A stretch of DNA of 64,000 bases, taken from Octopus bimaculoides. Its lineage: Eukaryota. The stretch spans positions 31,774,776 through 31,838,775 of the forward strand of contig NC_068984.1 in the NCBI RefSeq assembly GCF_001194135.2, written 5' to 3'. The position numbers and the translations under genes are program-made. Positions 25,875 to 36,107 of this stretch are shown here, piece after piece. How positions within the stretch are numbered: position 1 is the stretch's first letter; each line of letters opens with the position of its first letter. The notes under the pieces are model-generated. The model worked only from the letters and a program-made list of their open reading frames with translations. It searched no databases and was not told where the DNA came from.

Positions 25875-26180
25875 ATGTAGATTAGTGGTTAGGATAATCG
25901 GCTTATGATCATGAAGTCATGTGTTTGATACCTGGTGGTGCCTTGTGTCCTTGAGCAAGACACTTTATTTCACATTGCTCCAGTCCACTCAGCTGGGAAA
26001 AAGGAGTTGTGAATATGAGTCAAAGGGCCAGCCTTGTTGCATTCTGTGTCACTCTGGATCTCCCTGAGAACTATGCTAAAGATACACATGTTTCTTGAGT
26101 ACTCAGCCACTTGCATGTCAATTTCACAAAGAGACTGTTCCAGTGATCGCATTACCTGGAACCCTCATTATCATAACTGT
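25875..26180 (+). mobile_element. tRNA-derived SINE (CORE-like motif GTGTCCTTGAGCAAGACACTT)
   Basis: Degenerate A/B-box head plus the central motif shared with other copies in the window. Confidence 0.75.
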
Positions 26181-26214
26181 CAAAGTGCCAGTTAACACAA
26201 TATCCACTATTAAG

Positions 26215-28220
26215 TAGGGGTAATACATGAAGGAGTCATACCCAATGGCTGGTGTAGCAGCACCATAGTCAACTGCTACAAAGGTAATGGTGATGAATTA
26301 GATGCGAATAACTACAGACGTATAAAATTTTTGGATCATGTAATGAAAGTCATGAAGAGGGTCACAGCTCAACTAATTAGGGAGAGAGCTAGTTTAGGTG
26401 AGATGCAGTTTGGGTTTGTGCCAGGGAAAAGTACCAATGATGCTATATTTCTGGTAAGACAGCTGCAAGAGAAATACCTAGCCAAAGGTAAACCTCTGTA
26501 CCTGGCTTTCATTGACATGGAGAGAGCCTTTAAGAGGGTCCTCCAATCCCTTATCTGGTGGTCAATGAGGAAACTAGGGATAGGTAAGTGGTTAGTGGGA
26601 GTTGTACAAGCTATGTACAGGGATGCTGTCAGTAAGAAGATGGTTGGCAACGAGTATAGTGAAGAATTCCAGGTAGGGATGGGGGTCCACCAAGGATCAG
26701 TCCTCAGCCTGTTCCCCTATTAATCATAGTCCTCCAGGCAATAACAGAAGAATTTGAGACAGCGTACCCCTGAGAGCTTCTCTATGCTCTAATATCTGAG
26801 TCACTGTCAGAACTAGAGAAGTTTCAAGTGTGGAAAGAAGGACTAGAATTGAAGGATCATAGAGTCAACCTAGCAAAAACCAAAGTCTTACTAAGTAGGA
26901 AGGCAGAAAAATCACAAATCCCTGCAGGTAGATGGCCCTGCCTGATCTGTAGAAAAGATGTAGGTAGAATCTCCATAAGATGTACTCGGTGTAAGCTATG
27001 GACACATAAGAGATGCAACAATATCAAAGGAAGGCTAACTGGGAAGATAGTTTTTTGTGTGGAAAATGCTCAGGGGAAATAAACATTGAAAATGTGCAGA
27101 AAACAGCTTCCACCACATGCCAGGAGGAAAAAAATACAAATAGTTGATAGCTTCCATTACCTAAGGGACCAAGGCAGTTGTGGAGATGGATGCTCTGAGT
27201 TTGTAGCTGCTAGAATAAGAATAGCTTGGGCATAGTTGAGAGAGCTCCTACCTCTGCTGGTGACTCTGAGTGAGTAAAAGGTAGACTGTATGATGCATAT
27301 GTGTGAACAGCCATGCTACATGGGAGTGAAACATGGGCTGTGACTGCTGAGAACATGCATAATCTTGCAAGGAATGAAGCTTGTATGCTCCACTGGATGT
27401 GTAATGTCAGTGTACATACACCACAGAGTGTAAGCGCCCTGAGAGAAAAGTTGGACATAAGAAGCATTAGATGTAGTGTGCAAAAGAGACGACTGCATGG
27501 TATGGTCATGTGTTGCATATGGAAGAGGACAGCTGTGTGGAAAAGTGTCACATCCTAGCAGTAGAGAGGATCTGTGAAAGAGGTAGACCCAAGAAGACTT
27601 GGGATGAGGTGGTGAAGCACGACCTTCAAACGTTGGGTCTCACCAAGGTGATGACAAGTGACCAAGACCTTTGGAGATTTGTTGTGTTTGTGAAGACTGT
27701 AACCATGAGATCGTAACCATGGCTTATGCCAGTGCAGCATAACTGGTTCATTTAAGAGTAACCTTCAATCGTTGGGCAATAAACTGTGCTTGCGAAGACC
27801 TGTTGAGTCAAATGATTTCATTGTCGTGGCCCATGACAGTACCACCTAAAGGCACCTGTGCTGGTAGCACATTAAAAGCTCAATTTGAGCATGATTAATG
27901 CCAGTGCTGCCTGACTTGTCCTATGCCAGTGGCACGTAAAAAGCACCATTTGAGCATGGTCATTGCCAGTGCCACCTGACTAACTCCTGTGCTGGTGGCA
28001 CGTAAAAAGCACCAATCAAGTGTGGTCGATCCCAGTGCCACCTGACTAGCCCTCCATTCTTGGAGTGGTTGGTGTTAGGCAGGGCATCCAGCTGTAGAAA
28101 CTTTGCCAGATCAGATTGGAGCCTGGTGCTGCCTTCTGGCTTGTCAGCCCTCAATCAAACCATCCAACCCATGCCAACATGGAAAGTGGACGTTAAATGA
28201 CGACGATGATGATGATGATG
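26215..28220 (+). mobile_element. RTE-clade LINE, 5'-truncated, (GAT)n tail
   Basis: RT motifs NYRRIKFLD, QFGFVPGKSTNDAIF, LAFIDMERAF, HQGSVLS and MLHGSETW. 3' UTR has TGGCACGTAAAAAGCACC repeats and ends GACGTTAAATGACGACGATGATGATG. Stops and frameshifts present. Confidence 0.95.
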
Positions 28221-28359
28221 TTGATTAATCATATCAGTGTCTATAGTCATATATGTAGTCTTTGGTTTAGATTTCCTAATCCAAGCTGAGGAAGACTATC
28301 ATAAACCAGCCAATTCAATTGATTATCTAAGTTCAGTGTATAATTGCAGATTTTTTTAA

Positions 28360-28530
28360 ATATTTGATGATGGCAGTGAGCTGTGAGTATCATTACCATG
28401 CTGGATGCTATACCTAACATGGTATTTTGAATGTCATTATGTTCTGAGTTCTCATTCCACAAAAACTGACTTTGCCTTTCATCTTTTTCGGGTTGATAAA
28501 ATAAGTACCAGTCAAGAACTTGGGTTAATA
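28360..28530 (+). mobile_element. Degenerate SINE (same family as 55218)
   Basis: TTCTGAGTTC...GACTTTGCCTTTCATC...GATAAAATAAGTACCAGT motif. Confidence 0.6.
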
Positions 28531-28535
28531 TAAGC

Positions 28536-28695
28536 GCAGGAGTATCTGTGTGGTAAGTAGCTTACTTACCAACCACATGGTTCTGGGTTCAGTCCCACTG
28601 CATGTCATGTTGGGCAACAGTCTACTGCTATAGCCTCAGGCCGACTAAAGCCTTGTGAGTGGATTAGGTAGATGGAAACTGAAAGAAGCTTGTCG

Positions 28696-28739
<44 letters not shown>

Positions 28740-28985
28740 TATATGCATGCATATATGTGTGTGTGTGTATGTGCTTGTGTTTCAGTGTTTGTACCCTCAC
28801 CATCGCTTGACAACCGACGTTGGTGTGTTTATGTCCTTGTAATCTAGTGATTCAGCAAAAGAGGCCGATAGAATAAGTACTAGGCTTGCAAAGAATATGT
28901 CCTGGGGGCGATTTGCTCGACTTAAGGCAGTGCTACAGCATGGCCACAGTCAAATGACTGAAACAAATAAAAGAATAAAAGAATA
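28536..28985 (+). mobile_element. tRNA-derived SINE with internal (AT)/(GT) microsatellite
   Basis: Head GCAGGAGTATCTGTGTGGTAAGTAGC...GGGTTCAGTCCC; body GGAAACTGAAAGAAGC; tail GTCAAATGACTGAAACAAATAAAAGAATAAAAGA. Same family at 41516 and 51063. Confidence 0.88.
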
Positions 28986-29884
28986 TAATCAACTTACCTG
29001 CCTCCCCTGAAATTGCTGGCCCAGTGCCAAAATTTGAAACCTATATTTGGAGGAACTGATATACCAAATTTATGAACACATCAAATCAACACCTTCAAGT
29101 TCCACAAGTAGCCCGCCCCCTCCCCACTCCCACAACCAGCACAAACAAGTGCCATTTACCTTTCAGACTTTTTTTGTACCCTCCCCACCACCATGCCATT
29201 TTGGTAATTATTGTCAATAGCAACATCAGCACTGAAGCAATAACCACCATTACCCCCTCTACAAAGACTACAACCTTTGCTACCGTTTCCAACATTCCTG
29301 TCACTATCTCCATCATTGCTTAGAAGAATAGACAAACAAATATAAATTAATATGTGAAAACAAACAAAAATTACATAACAATAGTAACAAAATAACAATA
29401 GATTACATAACAATAGTAACAAAATAACAATAGATTACATAACAGATATGAAAAATAAAAAATAAACGCAGACAGCAGAAAAAAAAAAATCAATTGAAGG
29501 GAAACCAAAATGAAAAGATTAAAAATATTTAATCAAACACAAAATGGCTGTCTCTTATGCTCATTTCTATTTTATATTTTTAGCTGGGAAAGTTATTTTT
29601 GTTGTTTGATTTACCAGATTGTCAATTGGTTGAGATGGCTGACACAACACACTAAGTTTTTCTTGTTTTTCTTGTATTATGGCAAAAGAGAAAAAAATAA
29701 TAATGATCACAGCTGCTATTAAAGGTGGGTTGGAGATGATCAACAAATATTGTGGAAAATCTGCACACATAAATTCAAATACACAGATTTCAGCAATGTG
29801 CTTCTGAAGCAGCAGAAGCAGCAGCAGTAATAATAGTGGTGATGGTGGTAGTGGTGGTGGTAGCAGTAGTAGTAATAATTTATT

Positions 29885-30075
29885 TCAAATGTTGGCACAA
29901 GGCCAGTAATTTCAGGGCATGATTGCATTGACCCCAATGATCAACAGATACTTATTTTATCTATATCAAAAGGAGGAAAGGTAAAGTGAACCTTGGCTGA
30001 TTTGAACTCAGACTGAAAAGCCAGGACACATGCGGCAAAGGCTTTTGTCTGATGTGCTAACAGTTCTGCCAGATC
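29885..30075 (-). mobile_element. SINE (55218 family), minus strand
   Basis: TTTCAAATGTTGGCACAAGGCC...AAAGGTAAAGTGAACCTTGGCTGATTTGAACTCAG motif. Confidence 0.7.
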
Positions 30076-30255
30076 ATCAATAATGATAATATTCATGGCA
30101 TTGTTTATCTTGATTTAAGACCACCATGTTGTACACATATGGTTGTAATGCATGTGCCTGGTGTACACTTCTCAGATGAGTAGTCATTGAGCTTCATATA
30201 TTTGTACCCCAGTGTCACTTTAATGACACACATTGCTCTTTTGCTCAAGAGAGAG

Positions 30256-30781
30256 GCAAGACATGGTATGAGCACAAACTACAGAGTGGCAGAGTCAGAG
30301 ACTAGCAAAATCTTCTGGGATTTCCCAATCCAAACAGATCAGGTGCTAGAGCATAACAGACCAAACCTAATGGTGGTTGACAAGCTGCACCACATGTGCT
30401 ATATAGTTGATGTTGCATGCCTCTTTGACCAATGAATAGCCAAAAATACAACTCTCTTAAATACGAAACAACCAAGCTATGGAAAACGAAGGAAGGTGAA
30501 GATAGTGCCAAATATTGTTGGGTCCTTGAGAATGGTATCAGAAGGCATCAAGAGGGATATAAAGGAAATTTGAATAGAGTGCCCAGTAGAACTGTTACAA
30601 AAGGTTTGCCTCCTTGGTATGGCCAAAATAATCAAGGAAGTATCAGATAGCTGAAAAGAATGGATAGCATGGTCCCACAGACTGCAGGTAGCAAGCCCAC
30701 TATGCATGCAAGTCTCCAGGAGTTCCAACAAAACCTGTAATAAAGAGAAATGATGATAATAATAATAATAATAATAACAAT
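30256..30781 (+). mobile_element. R4/Dong-like RLE LINE 3' fragment, (TAA)n tail
   Basis: KTWYEHK, KIFWDFPIQTDQVLEHNRPNLMVVDK..CYIVDVAC (PD-D RLE core) and LQKVCLLGMAKII; tail at 30756-30781. Confidence 0.88.
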
Positions 30782-31065
30782 AATTAATTCGTTTTATTGG
30801 CCACAAGGGCTAATATCAATTAAAAACATGTAAGGACAAAGACAGGACGAAGTTTACAATAGGTTTTGTCCGAAAAGGTAGGAAAGTTCGTATAAACAGA
30901 GGAAGAAAACGGACAAATAAATAGATAAATAAATAAATAAATAAATAAAACTCCCAAAGGGGGAGGCGCTTTGAAAAAGGAAAGGTTACACATGGAAAAA
31001 CCCATAAAACCATGGGAACCTGGTCAGAAAAAATAAGAAAGGGGTATAGAGCCCTTTCTCCTTTT
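30782..31065 (-). mobile_element. 3' UTR of a LINE-like element on the minus strand
   Basis: Minus strand ends ...CCCTTGTGGCCAATAAAACGAATT and runs directly into an (ATT)n tract. Family assignment (Tx1/L1-like) is inference only. Confidence 0.45.
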
Positions 31066-31090
31066 ACATTACCTTTTTTTTTTTTCCTAC

Positions 31091-31819
31091 AGGTGTATTC
31101 TCAGAAAACCTGAACTTGCCCCATGATAAAAACTGGTGGGAACACAAACCACCCCCAGTACTTGAAAATGATCACATTGCACTCCTCTGGAACTTCACCA
31201 TTCAAACTGACAGAAAGATAGAAGCAAATAGGCCAGACATCATACTGAAAGACTTCAGACAAAAATCATGCCGCCTCATTGATATGACTGTCCCAATCGA
31301 TATAAACGTATCTGTCAAGACCTACCAAAAACTGAGCAAATATAAAGATCTTGAAANNNNNNNNNNNNNNNNNNNNNNNNNNNNNNNNNNNNNNNNNNNN
31401 NNNNNNNNNNNNNNNNNNNNNNNNNNNNNNNNNNNNNNNNNNNNNNNNNNNNNNNNNNNNNNNNNNNATTGTCATAGGTGCCCTGGGAATGACAGCGAAA
31501 CGGGCTGATTACTACCTAGCTGAGATACCAGGAAACCCCAAAATGGCTGAAGTTCAAAAAATAGTGCACATGGGAACTGCCCATATCCTACGTAATATAC
31601 TGTCTATGTGATCTCAAATTTTAAAACAAACACATAATTTTCTTATGGTTTCTTAAACATTCCCTAGAACAACACTATGTACAAATCCAAATATATGGTA
31701 CCCTAGGCGTAACACCTACATGAACTTCTAACTTGTTGTCTCTTGAGGTCTCTTGGTGAGACTTGGATCCAACTTGTACAAAAGCAAAACAAAAGTCAAA
31801 CATAAAATAATAATAATAA
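31091..31819 (+). mobile_element. R4/Dong-like RLE LINE 3' fragment, (TAA)n tail
   Basis: NWWEHKPPPVLENDHIALLWNFTIQTDRKIEANRPDIILKD...LIDMTVP...KLSKYKDLE [N gap] IVIGALG...VQKIVHMGTAHILRNIL stop; tail at 31806-31819. Confidence 0.93.
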
Positions 31820-34249
31820 CCTTATCAGACAAGTAGTCATGATAGATATATTGGACTTTGTATATCTGTGCCCTAGTGTCACTTTGATAGCATACATTGC
31901 CTTCTCACTCAATAATAATAATAATAATAATGAAACAAAAGTAGCAACAGCAATGACAACAGTCTGGATTGACGAGCAAAAGGTATTTGATAATATCCCA
32001 CACTCCTAGATGCTAGAGAGATTTTACATAAATCTTTCAGTCCTAATATTATTGAAACAGAAACCTGTTGAACAAAACAAAGGACTACAAAGGTTCTTTG
32101 AATCAACCAAATTAGAAAAAATATATATATAATCAATTTTTATATATAAAGAGAAAGTAAAGTAGAAGCAGGTAAGAAATTAAACTGAAATAACACACAC
32201 GTATGTGCCTGCACACATACACACACATGTACACATGCATTTATGCATTGTTTACATACACACATGAATGTGCACAAACATATCCATGCATAAAAATGCA
32301 CAGTTCATGCGTTTATACATGTACGGTATTTATGAAATAAAACAGATGTTAAACAAAGGAGGGAAAGCAATTTAAAAATGGTTTGTGGCTACATGAAACA
32401 CAGTCCACTCTCCATTTAAGGTATATTCTCTCTCCTAAGTCCATCTCACACAAGACTGTTAACTCTTTCATCCATATTCAATTTGAACAGTCTTATCTAC
32501 TTTTCTGAAACTTTACTCAAGAGTAGGTATTATATCTATCTGTGTACCCCACTCTTCTCCCCTTCAACTTCAACTTATGTTTAAACAAATTTATAAGGGT
32601 TGAGTCAGAGAAAATCTCTTGTTCCCCAGACTACCTCTTCCATCACATCCAACAGACAAAGGAAAATTTTCCAGCTCTCCTAGCATTAAAAAAAAAGGAA
32701 AAAATGCCCATGACAGGTTGATCCTTCCAATGGATTTGACTGACAGCTGGATTCATCTAACATGTGATAGCAGCAATCTAATATAATTCCATATTTGCCA
32801 AATTGCATCATTAGCTTGGAATGCTGAATTGAAATCATCCTTTCAAACATGATAGAAACATACTTGTACTTGGTTTTCACCAATTATATCACCCACCCCC
32901 AAGCTAAGAAAAAGAGGAGAAAACAAAAAAACTAAACTCAATATGAAGGATTTGATAAAATCAGAAGATTTGATAAAAGAAATCTAACTTTGATGATCCA
33001 GAGCCCTTTTCATAGAAGTTATTAATTATTGAAATCTGATGAACTCATAATTGGATTATTATAGATCCTGGATCACTGATGGATGCTTCTGAATATGAAG
33101 TATGGAAAGATGAGAAGATAAACATTCTGCATCATTAAACCAATGTGTGGAATTGTGTTTCAGGATTCTTTGTTGAAGCAAAATTATTGAAAATTATTGC
33201 ATTATTGTTTGTTAATTCCTACAACAATACTTTTATCATTTTTTGCTTATATATTTGTTTTCATTTATTTATCATTTAATATACAGTTTGTATGTTTTAT
33301 TTTTTATATTTTTGTCAATTATTTGCTTCCTTAATTATGTGTATGCTACATGAATTCACTCCGACATATATATACACGTACATACCAACAAATAGATACT
33401 GTCTGTAAGCATAGGAATGTAATTCATGTATGAAGTTATTCAAAGGGCACTGAGTTGTAGATATGATAATGTTAGACAAAAAGCTTTGCAGTATTTAGAT
33501 ATATACATTCACAGCATGAGTTCAAACCTAGCTGAACCTAACTGTTCTTTTTATCTGTTTTTCTGGATAAAATAGTTTTAGTCAAGTATTAAGTTGATTA
33601 AATTATACATATTTCATTAATACAAAAGCATAATTTACTGCCATTATAAAAGTCTACAGACTTAAATACACACACTGTTTCCTCTTCCTTCTTTGCCTGT
33701 TGTAAATAGTTAAAATATACACTATATGTGCAGGGGGATATCTATGCATACACATACATATGTATATATATATACACACATATACACATCACAGGAGCAT
33801 GTGATTGACCAGACTATCGTATGTTGTTATACATTGCTAATCACAATGCACTTTCCACTGTTTTAGCTTTCAAATGTTACAACCCAGCTGACCAGGCAAG
33901 CAAGTCAAAATTTCCCCCATAATATTTTATGGTTTGCCCCACATTTCTCCCTAAATGTAAGGATAAATATAGGTACAAAATTATTACTTTTATACGATGA
34001 TCACTTTCTTAGAAACCATAGGTATAATAAGATATTTAATACACATAACATTAAATCCTCCAATGTAATGACCTATATCAATAAGCAAACGATTAGTGGG
34101 ACCAGTCTTGGATACATATGCAGAGATAGATGTAAATGTCCTCTGGGGCAGGCATGTGACATATCTTCTGTTGTTTATACATTACAAGTAACAGCAAATG
34201 GTGGCCTTAATCACACAGTGACTAAATGATTCATTTAGTCTGTGGAGAG

Positions 34250-34420
34250 AAAATTTAAATCTAAATACAACTATATTTCTACTTTTTGGTGCACTGAAAA
34301 GAGACTTACAACAACGCTCTCAGCATTAATCAGGAGACTTAAAGATGTGAACATCAACTACAACACCAAATGGAAGATCCTTTTTAAGATCAAACCTCAT
34401 AATAATGATTCAAATGATGC
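34250..34420 (+). mobile_element. Penelope-like GIY-YIG C-terminal remnant
   Basis: TTTLSALIRRLKDVNINYNTKWKILFKIKPH resembles TTLAKHIWYLKE..EYSIRWKIL in the copy at 38.6 kb. Confidence 0.6.
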
Positions 34421-34788
34421 TCCACATCCTTACTTGAAAAAATGCTTATTTTAAAGAACTAAAGAACCACCTCAAAGGACTGTATAAAAAAAATTCAAAA
34501 GTAAGACTTTTTCCATCGTGTCCCCATTTTAGAATGCACATTGTTGCATGAATTAAAGAAACTGCTTGGACAGACCATAATCCTTTCCAGGGTTGGTTTA
34601 CGAAATTTTCAGCACTCATAAAAGACTGCATATATTTGATGTCCAATTAATTATCTCCCTTTGATCACTCTCTGTCCTTTTCAAAATGCAAACTGCAGCT
34701 GCATTGAACACAGTTTATAAATCATGTTCTTTTCTTAGTCACTTAAGTGCTCTTTAAAACACCACACCATCTGACCTGACATGCCAAT

Positions 34789-35037
34789 TTGCTTGAGAAA
34801 GACATTAATTTTATATACACATCGTTTAGTTATCTGCAACCCGAAGGTAAAAGACAGAAGAGTTTGGTAGAAAAAATACCTACCATGGCTGAAGGTATGG
34901 AGGTTAAAAAGTTGACAATGAAGGAAACTTTGATGGAGAAGTTGAGTATGATAGAGAATGATATGGTTGAACTTGAAACTGGCTGTAAGGCACTGAAATA
35001 TAGTTTGTTAGAAACTCTTGGTATCAACTGTAGATAG
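34789..35037 (+). CDS. Unassigned coiled-coil ORF (possible terminal exon or LINE ORF1 remnant)
   Basis: 82 stop-free codons rich in E/K/M/L, with a heptad pattern LMEKLSM-IENDMVE-LETGCKA-LKYSLLE. Confidence 0.25.
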   Translation: MLEKDINFIYTSFSYLQPEGKRQKSLVEKIPTMAEGMEVKKLTMKETLMEKLSMIENDMVELETGCKALKYSLLETLGINCR

Positions 35038-36039
35038 ACATGAAGACCACCATGACAATGGACATGTATGTTAACATAATAGATTTGTAAGAGGATCGAT
35101 GAGAAGAGTATGAGGTTCAGAAGATAGCTGAGGAGAGCATAAAAACAGAAAAAAAAGATATTACAAGACAAATAAAGCTGTTAAGAAAGAGGAAGTAAAC
35201 ATAGATAAGGCCCATAGGAAAACGTCTGTAGAAAGTAAGAATGCAAAGGAAGGTCAAAGAGAAAATGTTTAAAACTGCAAAGCAATTAGCAGACATGAGA
35301 TGTGATGTGATAGACTTATCAATACATATTGTAAATATAGAGTTAATTTGAAAAACATGTACATTGATTTGACATATTGAAAATAAATTAGTGATTATCA
35401 GTGAAGTGATAATTTTATTCATTATCTTATGCTACTTAAACATTTTTCATCATTATATTATATTGTTATATTAGCTGGAATTAGACACATAACAGAACTT
35501 TATGTAAACACTCACAATTTAGAAACAATCTAATAGTACAATGAACTTGAACTCTTCATATTTTCTATGATTTTAATGAGTATTTATGTCTGAGTGTGTG
35601 TGCTGGTTTAGAAACAATATCTTCAGTCGAATTTTTTTTAGCTTTGTAACTTTTATTTTGTCACATTCATTATAGATTTTAAAACTGAGAGATATAAGTT
35701 GTAAGGATTCCACACAACACATCGTTTTCTTCTTTCTATTATTTTAGTAATTTATGGTATTAGTATATTAGACTTGCATGATATGATGGGATAACAAGAG
35801 TACTGAATTATTTTTATTAAACTTATTGTACTTTAAGAAATAACTAATTTTCCATGTAATTGGTATGATGTAGCACAAACAAACATACCCAAACACAAAA
35901 GCAAACCATGTGGAATTGAATGTGTTCACCAATAAAATAATGAGATCATTATTTATTAGAAGGTTTACATCTGGGCAAGGAATTCTGGAGAATTACGAAG
36001 AAAAATATGAGAAAGATATGGCATATAATATTTTTTGTG

Positions 36040-36107
36040 CAGGGGTTCCTTGAGACATGGAATTCAATTTAAAGGTTATGCAAGGGTAAAAAGGTTGAGA
36101 AACACTG
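36040..36107 (+). mobile_element. hAT (Charlie-like) right terminus fragment
   Basis: ...AAAAAGGTTGAGAAACACTG (reverse complement CAGTGTTTCTCAACCTT). Confidence 0.45.

Noticed and set aside
28536-28610. SINE heads as tRNA genes (also 41516, 55218, 58146, 58815)
   Set aside because: A/B-box-like motifs only; no cloverleaf, and each continues into a SINE body.
28990-29040. Strong minus-strand donor CAG|GTAAGT
   Set aside because: It lies inside a SINE tail motif that recurs elsewhere in the window.
29156-29422. Exon-like segment with good splice sites and two open frames (G/N/D/S-rich or V/M-rich)
   Set aside because: The composition is a decayed GGT/AGT/AAT trinucleotide tract (same style at 61380-61560), which explains the open frames.
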